NCBI GenBank assembly: GCA_965116945.1
Contig: OZ220734.1
Span: 65,257-129,256 of the forward strand
Origin: Dehalococcoidia bacterium
Lineage (GTDB): Bacteria; Chloroflexota; Dehalococcoidia; Plut-88900
Reading direction: 5' to 3'
DNA length: 64,000 bases
The position numbers and the translations under genes were made by a program. This document shows, piece after piece, positions 19,449-29,746 of this stretch. Position 1 is the first letter of the stretch, and every line of letters starts with the position of its first letter. The notes beneath the pieces were generated by a model that was given only the letters and a program-made list of their open reading frames with translations, was not told the origin of the DNA and did not search any database.

Positions 19449-20743
19449 CCGGTTGGAGCAACGGCCTCCACCGCCACACCCCGGACGTATATTCCCCGGG
19501 TCCTTCTCTCCAGGGCGGTCAAAACCACGAAAGCCACGAACCCGCCCCCCGCCGCCGACAGCACCCACTCGGGGCCGAACTGGTCTCCCAGCGCACCGTT
19601 GCCGAAATTGGCGAAGGACATGATCCCTGCTGCGTGAAGGATGTAGATGCTCGTCACCCGACCCCTTATCCCATCCGGCACCACCGACTGGATGAGTATC
19701 GACGACAGGATCATGAATCCCGCCTGCGAAGCGCCCATGAAGGCGGTGGCCAGCATGGCCAGCGGAAGGGTCGGGGCGAAGGCCAGGCCCAGGGGGCTGA
19801 AGCCGCTGACTATTCCGGTGAGCAGCAGCAGCCTGCCCCTGCGATGGGGTGCCGAGAGAGGCGCAATAACTAGAGAAATCAGCAGTGCCCCTATCCCTAC
19901 GGTCACATTCATCATGCTGACGCCAAAGGCATCCGTCCCAAGCCTGGTCTCCGATATGACGGGCAGCAGGGATTCAAAGGACATGGAGAGTGAGCAGTGG
20001 AATATGACCAGCACGAATACCCGTACAAGCACCGGGTGCCGGTAGGCGTATATGAAACCCTGCAGCAGGTTGCGTAAGTGCCCCCTTGCCGACTCTATGA
20101 CTCCCGTGGACCGGGTGTCGATTCTCAGGACCAGCGCTATGGCTATGATGTATGCAACCCCGGCGATAACGAAGGCCCAGCCGATGTCCAGCAGGGCCAG
20201 CACCGGTGCGATTGCCCCCGGCCCCAGGGCCCGCGTCCCGTGGAAGGCCGCATTGACCAGGGCGTAGGCGTTGACCAGGTCTCTTCTAGGGACAAGGTTG
20301 GCCGTCAGTGATTCCAGGCCCGCCACTTGCGTCGCCATTGCGCTGCCGGTGATAAAGGCTATAACCACCAGGTGCCATATCTCGACGATGCCCAGCAAGG
20401 CCAGCACTGCAGTGGCGGCGTGGATGAGAATCTGGAATCCCATGGCCCAGGCCAGCAGGTCCCGACGCACTATCCTGTCTGCGAGGAAGCCAGCGAACAC
20501 TGGCACCAGCACATAGGGGATCATGGCCGCGAAGATAACCAGCCCCGCCGAGGCACTGGGGTTGTTCTCCGCAAGGTCGTAGGCCAGCCAGCCCCGGGCC
20601 ACTATGACGGCCCAAGCCCCGCCGTCGGCGGCAAGGGCGGCAAACCAGAGGTGACGAAAGTCTCTGTGGCCGAGGGCGGGCAGGAACCGGGTCTTGGCTA
20701 CATCCACCGCATTTCGGCCCGAGAGCGAACTCATATGCCGCAT
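19445..20743 (-). CDS. MFS transporter
   Basis: 12-TM hydrophobic profile. The N-terminus after MRHMSSLSG is DFRHLWFAALAADGG, an MFS_3/EntS-like start. Start chosen at internal Met 20743 rather than the ORF maximum 21013. Confidence 0.75.
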   Translation of the reverse strand: MRHMSSLSGRNAVDVAKTRFLPALGHRDFRHLWFAALAADGGAWAVIVARGWLAYDLAENNPSASAGLVIFAAMIPYVLVPVFAGFLADRIVRRDLLAWAMGFQILIHAATAVLALLGIVEIWHLVVIAFITGSAMATQVAGLESLTANLVPRRDLVNAYALVNAAFHGTRALGPGAIAPVLALLDIGWAFVIAGVAYIIAIALVLRIDTRSTGVIESARGHLRNLLQGFIYAYRHPVLVRVFVLVIFHCSLSMSFESLLPVISETRLGTDAFGVSMMNVTVGIGALLISLVIAPLSAPHRRGRLLLLTGIVSGFSPLGLAFAPTLPLAMLATAFMGASQAGFMILSSILIQSVVPDGIRGRVTSIYILHAAGIMSFANFGNGALGDQFGPEWVLSAAGGGFVAFVVLTALERRTRGIYVRGVAVEAVAPTG

Positions 20744-20780
20744 TATAGACCCTTCAAACTCAAGATGTTTAACGGTCGGG

Positions 20781-20809
20781 TTGACACCGGGCCACGGTGT
20801 CACTAGATT
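20781..20809 (+). promoter_or_regulatory. Sigma70-like promoter (ttgaca-17 nt-tagatt) with an overlapping inverted repeat gacacc-N7-ggtgtc
   Basis: Read directly in the 105-bp divergent region between the MFS start and the FAD-oxidoreductase start (20849). The palindrome overlapping the -35 suggests an operator. Confidence 0.3.
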
Positions 20810-20848
20810 CGTCGGGAGTTTCGATCTTCGAACGTTGAAAGGGCTCCA

Positions 20849-22057
20849 TTGACAGAACACGATACCGCAGAAGCCGTAGTCATTGGCGCAGGCATAGTAG
20901 GCACAAGCATCACCCACTACCTGGCTGAGAAGGGTGTTAGGGCGACGCTGGTTGAAAAGGATTCCGTCGCGGGAGGGGCCACGGGTAAAGCCACCGCTGT
21001 CGTAAGGATGCACTACACCAACCCGTGGGACTCGGCCATGGCAAAGATTGGCGGGGAAGTGTATGCCAACTGGGGCGAGTTGATCGGCGGCGATAGCGGT
21101 TTCGTGAACTCGGGGTTTGTGTTCATTGTCGGTGAGCAGGAAAAGGAAAAGCTATACAAGAACGTGGAGATTCTCCGCAAGGAGGCGGGAATAAACACCT
21201 ACGCCCTTGACCCCGACGCCCTCCACGAACTCCTCCCCGACTGGCGCGTCGATGACGTAGGGGCCGCGGCCTACGAACCGGACAGCGGCTACGGCGATCC
21301 CCATTCCGCCGCTACCGGTTTCGCCCGCCGGGCCCAGGAGCTTGGCGCCGAGGTCTCCCAGGGTGAGGAAGTCCTGCGGATTGTGGAGGAGGGCGGCCGG
21401 GTCACGGGTGTCGAGACCAGCAGAAGGACGATTTCAACCGACACGGTGGTGCTTGCGGGAGGCGCATGGTCGAAGGGCCTGGGAGCCGGGGTGGGGCTCG
21501 ACCTGCCCATTAACGGAATGCTGTTGTCGATAGGGGTGCTGAAACGACCCGAGGCCCTCCACGGCACCCACCCTGCCTGCATAGATGCTTCAAACGGCAT
21601 CTACTTCAGGCCCGAGCCCGGAGAACTGACCCTCCTCGGATTCAGTAGTGTAGTCGACCGCCACGAGTCCCCTCCAAACCTTGACCCCGATAACTATGAC
21701 GCTGAGCCCGACATGCGTTGGTCCCTGCGCACCAGCCGCCGTATCGCCTCCCGCATTCCCGCCATGGAAGACGCCACCTGGGTCAGGTCATGGAGCGGCG
21801 TGGATGGCAACACCCCGGACGGCCACCTCATCCTGGACCGCGCCCCGGGCATCGATGGCCTGTACCTCGCCGTAGGCATGAGCGGAACCGGATTCAAGAT
21901 CGGCCCAGCGGTAGGCAAGTGCATGTCGGAACTAGTCACGGAGGGCCATGCCACCAGCGTGGACATCGCCCCCTTCCGCCTTTCCCGCTTCGAAGAGGGC
22001 GAAACGCTGGTAGGAAAGTACGAATACAACTATTATCTCTTCAAGCAGGACGAGTAA
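20849..22057 (+). CDS. FAD-dependent oxidoreductase (DAO family; sarcosine/glycine/D-amino-acid oxidase-like)
   Basis: N-terminal AVVIGAGIVGTSITHYLAEKG dinucleotide-binding motif. 402 aa. Confidence 0.85.
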   Translation: MTEHDTAEAVVIGAGIVGTSITHYLAEKGVRATLVEKDSVAGGATGKATAVVRMHYTNPWDSAMAKIGGEVYANWGELIGGDSGFVNSGFVFIVGEQEKEKLYKNVEILRKEAGINTYALDPDALHELLPDWRVDDVGAAAYEPDSGYGDPHSAATGFARRAQELGAEVSQGEEVLRIVEEGGRVTGVETSRRTISTDTVVLAGGAWSKGLGAGVGLDLPINGMLLSIGVLKRPEALHGTHPACIDASNGIYFRPEPGELTLLGFSSVVDRHESPPNLDPDNYDAEPDMRWSLRTSRRIASRIPAMEDATWVRSWSGVDGNTPDGHLILDRAPGIDGLYLAVGMSGTGFKIGPAVGKCMSELVTEGHATSVDIAPFRLSRFEEGETLVGKYEYNYYLFKQDE

Positions 22058-22127
22058 AGAAAGATCACCCTCACCCCAGCCCTCTCCTGTCAATGGAGCG
22101 GGCATTGCAATACAGAGGAGCAACATC

Positions 22128-23141
22128 GTGAAAGACAACAGATTCCTGACCGACTACGTCGGGATCCCGACCTTCTACAACGCCCCGACCATCGGGCTGG
22201 ACGACATTAAAGAGGGCATGGGAGTTGTAACCGGCGCACCCATCGACCAGGGAATCCTTTTCATGAGGAGTGGAGCGCGGTTCGGGCCTCGGAGCATCCG
22301 GGAGGCCTCCCTGATGTATCGCGGACTCCAGGACGTTGCCTCCGAAAACACCTCGGTCAACGTCGACACCCACATCGCCCGACGCCTCAAGTCCCAGTTG
22401 AACATAGGCGACCTCGGTGACTTACCCGTTCATCCTCAGGACATCATGAAGACCACCGAGTGGGTTATCGACGGCATTGCGGAGATAGTCAAGCGGGGCG
22501 GAGTGCCCATCCTCCTCGGCGGCGACCACTACCTGGCCTACCCGGGATTCGAGGGCTTTTCCAGGGGCCTGATGGAGCGAGGCGAGAAGCCCAGGCTCGG
22601 TTACGTTCACATCGACACCCACACAGACTTCCGGGACCGCTACGGCGAATTGGGCCGCTACAACCACGGCACCTGCGCCCGACGCATCAGCGAAAACTCC
22701 GTCGTCTCTTACAAGAATATGACGTGGGTCGGGCTGAACGGCACCATCATGGACGCCGACATCTACAAGATGTACAAGAAACAACAGCTGAAGATGTCCA
22801 CCGCCAACGACGTCCGGACTCAGGGCATGGAGCACGTCCTGCGCTCGGCCATCGAGGAAGCGGCGGACGGCACCGACGCCGTATACGTCAGCGTGGACAT
22901 CGATGTCGTCGACGCTTCCTACGCGCCCGGGACGGGGGCCCCGGTATTCGAGGGCATCACCGCGTCAGACCTCCTGTCCGCCATGTCGATCCTCAGCGAG
23001 TACGACTGCGTGAAGGCCATTGACCTCTGCGAGGTAGCCCCGCCCATCGACCCCAACGGCAATACGGCCTACCTGGCGGCCAGCGGACTCATCGGGTTCC
23101 TGGGTAATTACCTTTTCGACGTAGTGGACCTGGACGGATAG
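22128..23141 (+). CDS. Ureohydrolase (arginase/agmatinase/guanidino-acid hydrolase family), paralog 1
   Basis: Mn-binding motifs GGDHYLAYP, VHIDTHTDF and SVDIDVVDAS. Confidence 0.8.
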   Translation: MKDNRFLTDYVGIPTFYNAPTIGLDDIKEGMGVVTGAPIDQGILFMRSGARFGPRSIREASLMYRGLQDVASENTSVNVDTHIARRLKSQLNIGDLGDLPVHPQDIMKTTEWVIDGIAEIVKRGGVPILLGGDHYLAYPGFEGFSRGLMERGEKPRLGYVHIDTHTDFRDRYGELGRYNHGTCARRISENSVVSYKNMTWVGLNGTIMDADIYKMYKKQQLKMSTANDVRTQGMEHVLRSAIEEAADGTDAVYVSVDIDVVDASYAPGTGAPVFEGITASDLLSAMSILSEYDCVKAIDLCEVAPPIDPNGNTAYLAASGLIGFLGNYLFDVVDLDG

Positions 23142-23180
23142 AGCAAAGAGTGGGTAATTTGAACTAGAAGGGTTGATGTG

Positions 23181-24191
23181 ATGGACGCCGAATTTTTGAC
23201 CACATACGTCGGGATCCCGACATTCTTCAATGCTCCTCACATTGGCCTGGACGATGTGAAGGAGGGTATGGCCGTTGTGGCCGGCGCCCCGATAGACAAC
23301 GGCATCATTTTCCCGAGGGCCGGCGCGCGATTCGGCCCCAGGAGCATCCGGGAGTCGACCCTGATGTACCGCGGCCTCCAGGACGTCGCCTCCGAGAACA
23401 CCACTGTAAACGTAGATTCCCACGTAGCCCGACGCCTGAAGCCGACCCTCAACCTGGCTGACCTCGGTGACTTCCACGTCAACCCCCAGGACATCATGCA
23501 GACCACCGACTCGGTGATAGAGGGCATCCGGGATATCGTGCAGCGGGGCGGCATCCCCATACTTCTCGGCGGCGACCATTATCTCGCCTACCCCGGCTTT
23601 GAGGGGTTCGCCCGAGGCCTTAAGGAGCGCGGCGAAAGCCCGAAGCTCGGCTACGTCCACATAGACAGCCACACCGACTTCCGGGACGGCTACGGCAACC
23701 TGGGAAGCTACAACCACGGCACCTGTGTCCGCAGGATCAGCGAAAACTCGGTGATCTCCTACGACAACATGAGCTGGGTCGGGCTTAACGGCAGTGTGAT
23801 GGATGCCGACATCTACCGCGTTTACAAATCCCAGAAGCTGAAAATGTCGACTGCGAAAGACGTGCGCACCCAGGGCATGGAGCACGTTCTCCGCCAGGCC
23901 ATAGAGGCTGCCGCAGACGGGACGGACGCTGTATACGTCAGCGTAGACATCGACGTTGTATCAGCGGCCCACGCTCCCGGCACGGGTGTTCCCGTTTTTG
24001 AGGGAATCGAGGGTCGGGACCTGCTGGAGGCCATGTCGATTCTCAGCGAATACGACTGCATAAAGGCCCTCGACCTCTGCGAAGTCGCCCCGCCCCTCGA
24101 CCCCATTGGCAACACGGCATACCTGGCGGCCAGCGGCCTCCTGGGCTTCCTGGGCGGCTATCTCTTCGACGAAGTGAATCTTGACGACTAG
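23181..24191 (+). CDS. Ureohydrolase (arginase/agmatinase family), paralog 2 (~75% aa identity to paralog 1)
   Basis: Same GGDH / DxHxD / SxDxD motifs. Tandem with 22128..23141. Confidence 0.8.
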   Translation: MDAEFLTTYVGIPTFFNAPHIGLDDVKEGMAVVAGAPIDNGIIFPRAGARFGPRSIRESTLMYRGLQDVASENTTVNVDSHVARRLKPTLNLADLGDFHVNPQDIMQTTDSVIEGIRDIVQRGGIPILLGGDHYLAYPGFEGFARGLKERGESPKLGYVHIDSHTDFRDGYGNLGSYNHGTCVRRISENSVISYDNMSWVGLNGSVMDADIYRVYKSQKLKMSTAKDVRTQGMEHVLRQAIEAAADGTDAVYVSVDIDVVSAAHAPGTGVPVFEGIEGRDLLEAMSILSEYDCIKALDLCEVAPPLDPIGNTAYLAASGLLGFLGGYLFDEVNLDD

Positions 24192-24205
24192 GCGGAAGGC
24201 TACCG

Positions 24206-25765
24206 ATGTTTGACTTGCTCATAACCGGCGGGCGGATAATCGATGGCACGGGCCAGACCTGGTTCCGCGCCGATGTGGGGGTGACCGGGGACCAGGTGAC
24301 AGTGATCCGCGGCGAAGCGTCGGGGCTGGAGGCGGGCCGGGTAATCGACGCCTCGGGCTGCATTGTCTGCCCCGGCTTCATCGACATGCACTCCCACTCC
24401 GATCTTTCCCTGCTCAGCGATCCGAAACATGAAGCCAAGCTCGCACAGGGAGTCACCACCGACGCCCTCGGGCAGGACGGCCTCTCCTATGCCCCGTCTT
24501 CACCCGACAAGCTGGAGCAGCTGCTCTGGTATCTCGCCGCCGTCAATGGGACCCCGCCTCCCGATGTACGGTGGGGCTCCGTCAAGGAGTTCCTGGACCT
24601 CTTCGATGAACGGGTTGCATGCAACGTCGTGTATTTCGTGCCCCACGCTGCCGTCCGAGTTGAGGCCATGGGCTGGGACAACCGCCTCCCCACCGAGGAC
24701 GAGCTTGCCCACATGCAGTCCCTCGTAGAGCAGGGGATGAAGGACGGCGCCTTCGGGTTCTCCACCGGACTTACCTACGTGCCCGGCGCCTACAGCGACA
24801 CCCATGAACTGATAGAGGTCTGCAAGAGTCTGCGGGACTCGGGGGGGATGTACATCACCCACTGCCGCTATTTCCTGGGGGATGGCCTTCTTGACCCATT
24901 CCGCGAGGCGATAGACATCGGCGCGGAGGCCGGGGTCTCGGTCCAGATATCCCACTTCCATAGCCCCGTGGATGGTATGGGTGAGCGGATGATCGGGCTC
25001 ATAGACGAGGGCCGCAACCGGGGGGTCGACGTCACCTTCGACCAGTATCCCTACCCCGCCGCCAGCACCCTGCTCCTATCAATGATTCCGGCCTGGGTCC
25101 ACGCCGGCGGCCCCTCCGCGTTCATGACCCGCATCAAGGACCCCCGAGTCCGCGAGGAGATGGCCGACGCCGTAAACCCCACCTGGGGCGGAGACATGAG
25201 CGAATACATCTTCAGCCAGATCGGCTCCGATAAGAACAAGGAGTGGGAGGGGCGGTCGCTGGAAGACCTGGCCCGGGCCTGGGACAAGTCCATCGTGGAC
25301 ACCGTTTGCGACCTGCTAATTGAAGAAAACCTGGACGTGGCCTTTGTGGCCCGGACTGGCAACCCCGACAACATCCGCACACTACTCCAGCATTCCGCGC
25401 AGATGGTCGGCAGCGATGGCCTGCTTACGGGCAACAAGCCTAACCCCCGCACCTACGGCACCTTCCCCTATCTCCTCGGTCAGTTGGCCCGAGACGAAGC
25501 CGTAATCTCTCTCGAAGAAGCCATACGAAAGATGACCGCAATCCCTGCCCAGCGCCTCGGCCTTTCTGATCGGGGCATCCTCCGCAACGGCATGAAGGCC
25601 GACATCGTGGTCTTCAACCCCGATACCGTTCAGGCCACCGCCACCTTTGAAGAGCCCGAGCAGCTGCCCATCGGCATCTACCATGTCGTCGTCAACGGCA
25701 AACTCGTCATCGACCAGGGAGAGCACACGGGAGCGCTGCCGGGTCGGGCCCTGCGGCACTCCTAG
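24206..25765 (+). CDS. N-acyl-D-amino-acid deacylase (D-aminoacylase) family amidohydrolase
   Basis: MFDLLITGGRIIDGTG...CPGFIDMHSHSD matches the D-aminoacylase N-terminus and metal site. 519 aa. Confidence 0.8.
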   Translation: MFDLLITGGRIIDGTGQTWFRADVGVTGDQVTVIRGEASGLEAGRVIDASGCIVCPGFIDMHSHSDLSLLSDPKHEAKLAQGVTTDALGQDGLSYAPSSPDKLEQLLWYLAAVNGTPPPDVRWGSVKEFLDLFDERVACNVVYFVPHAAVRVEAMGWDNRLPTEDELAHMQSLVEQGMKDGAFGFSTGLTYVPGAYSDTHELIEVCKSLRDSGGMYITHCRYFLGDGLLDPFREAIDIGAEAGVSVQISHFHSPVDGMGERMIGLIDEGRNRGVDVTFDQYPYPAASTLLLSMIPAWVHAGGPSAFMTRIKDPRVREEMADAVNPTWGGDMSEYIFSQIGSDKNKEWEGRSLEDLARAWDKSIVDTVCDLLIEENLDVAFVARTGNPDNIRTLLQHSAQMVGSDGLLTGNKPNPRTYGTFPYLLGQLARDEAVISLEEAIRKMTAIPAQRLGLSDRGILRNGMKADIVVFNPDTVQATATFEEPEQLPIGIYHVVVNGKLVIDQGEHTGALPGRALRHS

Positions 25766-25848
25766 TCCGTCCCGGTTGACGCCCACTCACGCCAGATTTA
25801 CCCTATCCCCAACGGAAGATCTACCGACCCATCAAAAGGGGTACTCGG

Positions 25849-26820
25849 ATGGCACAAGAGGTGTTTGATTTAGAGAAATTCGAAGAGCAAGGCTACCTTG
25901 TGGCCCGGGACGTCCTGGACCCCGAGGTTGATCTCGCTCCCGTCTTCACCGAGTACGAAGAGCTCCTTGAGCGTCTTTCCCACATGTGGCTTGAGAGAGG
26001 CATGATCGCCGACAGATTCGAGGGACTGCCCTTCAACGAGCGCCTGGTTAAAATCGCCGTCGCCACCCGCGGCAACTACTACCCCCACATCGACATCTCT
26101 TTCACCCAGACCGACGTTGAAGACAAGATGCCCGTCCACACTGGCCCCGCAGTCTTCAACGTCCTCAGAAGTCCCCGGCTCCTGGATGCCGTGGAGCAGT
26201 TCATAGGCCCCGAGATCTACTCCAACCCTGTCCAGCACGTCCGCATCAAACCCCCGGAGAGCGCTCTGCCGGAAGACATGCTCAGCGACTCATCCGTAGG
26301 CTACACAGCCTGGCACCAGGACCAGGGTGTCATAATTCCACAGGCCGACGAATCCGACATCCTCACCGTCTGGATTCCAGTCATAGAAGCCACGGAAGAG
26401 AACGGCTGCATGGCCGTGGTGCCCGGAAGCCACAGAACGGGACTCGTGCCCCACTGCCCGGCGAAGCCCGAACTCAAGCACGTGCATATCCTTGAAGAGC
26501 GCCTCGGGGGAGATGCCATACCCGTACCTCTTAAGCCCGGCGACGTGCTGTTCTTGCACAAGCTCACCATGCACTGCTCCCTCCCGAACAAGAGCGACGA
26601 CATCAGGTGGAGCCTCGATCTGAGGTACAACCCCACCGGTCAGGCTACCGGCCGCCCCTGGTTCCCGGGTTTCGTGGCCCGTAGCAAGTCCAATCCCGAC
26701 TCCGCCCTCACAGACCCCGACGAATGGGCCTCTCTCTGGGAGCGGGCGGGCGAAATCCTCGCCAAGGGCCCGACCCCCGTCTACAACCGCTGGAAACCCG
26801 GCGATCCTCTCTGCGCTTAA
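25849..26820 (+). CDS. Phytanoyl-CoA dioxygenase (PhyH) family Fe(II)/2-oxoglutarate dioxygenase
   Basis: WHQDQ (HxD) with downstream HRTGLVPH His. PhyH-family length and pattern (the family includes EctD-type hydroxylases). Confidence 0.65.
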   Translation: MAQEVFDLEKFEEQGYLVARDVLDPEVDLAPVFTEYEELLERLSHMWLERGMIADRFEGLPFNERLVKIAVATRGNYYPHIDISFTQTDVEDKMPVHTGPAVFNVLRSPRLLDAVEQFIGPEIYSNPVQHVRIKPPESALPEDMLSDSSVGYTAWHQDQGVIIPQADESDILTVWIPVIEATEENGCMAVVPGSHRTGLVPHCPAKPELKHVHILEERLGGDAIPVPLKPGDVLFLHKLTMHCSLPNKSDDIRWSLDLRYNPTGQATGRPWFPGFVARSKSNPDSALTDPDEWASLWERAGEILAKGPTPVYNRWKPGDPLCA

Positions 26821-27172
26821 CTCCACAATCCCGTCATTCCCGACCCTGATCCGCAATCCCTCCCTGATACTGGGCCACTCATAATGAGCACGGTCGATGG
26901 GCTGAGTGCGAGTAGGCCCCCACTCTTTAGATACATGAGGCTCAACAAAGCCTGCCGCCTCCTTTACTGTCCTTCCGAGGCAATGCGAGGAATCTCCAGC
27001 GTCAGCCCGTATCACAAGTTTCTCCCTGCGAGTCACCTACAGCGAAATCCCAAAGCTCATTGCCTTTCTCTTACTCAAGACACCCCCTATCGTCCAGGTC
27101 CCATCGCATCGGCATCCAGGCGATGCTGTACACTATGGGCCATCAAAGCCACCAACCCGGAGGTCATAACTC

Positions 27173-28381
27173 ATGCGTGATGTAGCCATTGTCAGCCCCG
27201 TTCGCACACCCGTCGGAAGGTTTGGGGGAACTCTCAGGGACATCCCCGCCGAAGATCTGGGGGCGTTGGTTATCAGGGAGGCAGTTTCAAGGTCGGGCGT
27301 AGATCCGGAGAGAATCGATGAGGTTGTCCTGGGCCACGGCTACTCCAGCGGGGAAAACCCCGCCATCGGACGACTCTGCGCCTTGAAAGCCGACCTCCCC
27401 CTCCAGGTCACCGGCTACCAGCTGGACAGGCGCTGCTCCTCGGGGTTGCAGGCCATACTGAACGCCGCAATGCTCGTCCAGACAGATAACGCAGACGTAG
27501 TCATTGCAGGCGGCGCCGAGAGCATGAGCGGCGTGGAGTATTACACCCTGGGGGCCAGGTGGGGAGGACGCTTCGGCTCTATGACCCTTCACGACCGTCT
27601 TATCAGGAGCAGAGAGGCCTCAACCCCCGAGGAGCGGTTCGGCTACATCAACGGGATGATAGAAACTGCTCAAAATGTCGCCAATTACTACGAGATTTCC
27701 AGGGAAGAGCAGGATGAATACTCTCTGCGCAGCCATCAGCGCGCCGTGGCGGCATCAGAGGCAGGCAAGTTCAAAGAGGAAATTGTCCCCGTCCCCGTAC
27801 CCCAGCGCCGAGGCCCTCCCGTTATGTTCGACACTGACGAGGGACCCCGCAAGGATTCCTCCATGGAATCCCTGGCCAGGCTGAGACCGCTGATGAAGGA
27901 CGGCTCTGTGACCGCCGGCAACGCCAGCTCCCAGAACGACGCCGCGTCTGTCTGCCTCGTAGTTGCGGCAGAAAAGCTGGATGAGCTGGGACTCGAGCCC
28001 ATGGCCTATCTGAAGGGATGGGCCTCGGCGGGGGTCCACCCGGCCTACATGGGCGTCGGGCCCGTACCCGCCGTCAACAAGCTCTTCTCCAAGACCGGCT
28101 ACGGCTGGAAGGATATCGACCTTATCGAACTCAACGAGGCCTTCGCCTCCCAGGTCCTCTCGGTTATCCACCAGTGGCAGGCCCCGAGGGACGACATTCA
28201 CGACATCCTGAACGTCAACGGCTCCGGCATCTCCCTGGGCCATCCCATAGCCGCCACCGGCGCCCGCATCCTCGCCACCATGCTCTACGAGATGAAGCGC
28301 CGGGACGCCAAACTGGGGCTGGAGACTATGTGCGTGGGCGGCGGCCAGGGCGTCGCGGCCCTGTTTGAACTGGCGGCATAG
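27173..28381 (+). CDS. Acetyl-CoA C-acyltransferase (thiolase)
   Basis: VSPVRTPVGRFGG N-terminus. NVNGSGISLGHPIAATGARIL and CVGGGQG thiolase signatures. Confidence 0.9.
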   Translation: MRDVAIVSPVRTPVGRFGGTLRDIPAEDLGALVIREAVSRSGVDPERIDEVVLGHGYSSGENPAIGRLCALKADLPLQVTGYQLDRRCSSGLQAILNAAMLVQTDNADVVIAGGAESMSGVEYYTLGARWGGRFGSMTLHDRLIRSREASTPEERFGYINGMIETAQNVANYYEISREEQDEYSLRSHQRAVAASEAGKFKEEIVPVPVPQRRGPPVMFDTDEGPRKDSSMESLARLRPLMKDGSVTAGNASSQNDAASVCLVVAAEKLDELGLEPMAYLKGWASAGVHPAYMGVGPVPAVNKLFSKTGYGWKDIDLIELNEAFASQVLSVIHQWQAPRDDIHDILNVNGSGISLGHPIAATGARILATMLYEMKRRDAKLGLETMCVGGGQGVAALFELAA

Positions 28382-28384
28382 AAG

Positions 28385-29065
28385 ATGAACGGCATCCACG
28401 ACATGGGTGGTATGCACGGCTTTGGCCCCGTGCCCCGAGAGAAGGACGAACCAGTCTTCCACGCGCCGTGGGAAGGTCGGGTCTACGCCATGGCCATCGC
28501 CGCCGGCAAGAAGCGGCTCACCGAACCCGTTGGACTGCGCGCGTACATTGAGGGCTTGGACCCCGCCCAGTACCTCGCATCCTCTTATTACGAACGCTGG
28601 ATGGGCGCCCTCGAAGACGCCCTCATAAGCAAAGGCATCACTACCAAAGAAGACCTTGACCGACGCACGGCCCACTTCGCAGACCACCCCGACACCCCAC
28701 CCCAACGCCGTGAAGATCCCGAGGAAGCTGCAAAAGTCGCCTCCTCCATCTACCGGCACAGGTCGCCCCAAAGAGAAACCGACCGACACCAGCGATTCAA
28801 CGTTGGCGACAGGGTCAGGGCACGCACCATCAACCCCACCGGCCATACCCGCCTCCCGAGATATATCCGGGGAAGGGCGGGGGTGGTTGACAGGCTCCAC
28901 GGTGTGCACAGTTTCGACGACGCCAGGTCTCGGGGCCGGGGGCACGAGCCTCAGCACATCTACAGCGTCCGTTTCGAGGCCCGTGAACTCTGGGGTAACG
29001 AGGCTCCCGAGACCGAATGCGTCTACATCGACATGTGGGACAGCTATCTTGACCCGGAGGCATAG
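28385..29065 (+). CDS. nthB: Nitrile hydratase beta subunit
   Basis: MNGIHDMGGMHGFGPVP...KDEPVFHAPWEGR and C-terminal NPTGHTR...YSVRFEARELWG...YIDMWDSYL match NHase beta. Start is 3 nt after the thiolase stop. Confidence 0.85.
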   Translation: MNGIHDMGGMHGFGPVPREKDEPVFHAPWEGRVYAMAIAAGKKRLTEPVGLRAYIEGLDPAQYLASSYYERWMGALEDALISKGITTKEDLDRRTAHFADHPDTPPQRREDPEEAAKVASSIYRHRSPQRETDRHQRFNVGDRVRARTINPTGHTRLPRYIRGRAGVVDRLHGVHSFDDARSRGRGHEPQHIYSVRFEARELWGNEAPETECVYIDMWDSYLDPEA

Positions 29066-29068
29066 CAA

Positions 29069-29689
29069 ATGAGCGACAACCACGAAGACCACGAACACGA
29101 GGCTGAGTCCTACGCCTCCCTCCGCACCAGGGCGCTGGAATCTCTCCTCGTCGAAAAGGGCTACATCACCACCGACGCCATAGACGCCCTGGTCAAGACC
29201 TACGAGGAAGACATCGGCCCGATGAACGGCGCCAGGGTCGTGGCCCGGGCCTGGGTTGATCCCGACTACAAAGCCCGGCTCCTTGACGACGGCACTGAAG
29301 CTATCGCAGAGCTCGGCTTCCAGGGCGCCGAAGGCTCCGAGATCGTCGTCCTGGAGAATGTCCCCGGCGTGCACAACGTAGTCGTCTGCACCCTCTGCTC
29401 CTGCTACCCGTGGCCCGTTCTAGGACTTCCACCAAACTGGTATAAGTCATTCGCATTCCGCTCCCGCATGGTCATCGAACCCCGGGCCGTACTTCAGGAA
29501 TTTGGTCTCGAAATTGATGAGTCCATAGAAGTCCGGGTCTGGGACAGCAATGCTGAAATCCGCTACATGGTCCTTCCCGAAAGACCCGAAGGCACCGAGG
29601 GCATGACCGAAGAGGAACTGTCGGGCCTCGTGACCCGGGACGCCATGGTCGGGGTGGCGCAGGCACGTCTGCCGGAAGCTGTGGTATAA
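29069..29689 (+). CDS. nthA: Nitrile hydratase alpha subunit, Co-type
   Basis: [17 protein letters not shown] metal-binding motif (Thr/Tyr-Pro-Trp are Co-type markers). ggagg SD present. Confidence 0.9.
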   Translation: MSDNHEDHEHEAESYASLRTRALESLLVEKGYITTDAIDALVKTYEEDIGPMNGARVVARAWVDPDYKARLLDDGTEAIAELGFQGAEGSEIVVLENVPGVHNVVVCTLCSCYPWPVLGLPPNWYKSFAFRSRMVIEPRAVLQEFGLEIDESIEVRVWDSNAEIRYMVLPERPEGTEGMTEEELSGLVTRDAMVGVAQARLPEAVV

Positions 29690-29746
29690 GTTAAGAGGCA
29701 ACGCCTCTGTAGATGGGCATGTAGTGAAGGAACGGGGGTGACTGCA

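Noticed and set aside
19166-19873. 235-aa + strand ORF overlapping the MBL hydrolase 3' end and MFS gene
   Set aside because: It is an Arg/Gly/His-rich low-complexity translation, antisense or out of frame relative to two supported genes.
26290-27036. 248-aa minus-strand ORF overlapping the PhyH gene
   Set aside because: It is antisense to a gene with clear family motifs and has no motif of its own. Same high-GC artefact.
27755-29374. 539-aa minus-strand ORF spanning thiolase and nthB/nthA
   Set aside because: It is antisense to two strongly conserved genes. It is Gly/Val/Ala/Asp-rich, typical of spurious long ORFs in high-GC DNA.
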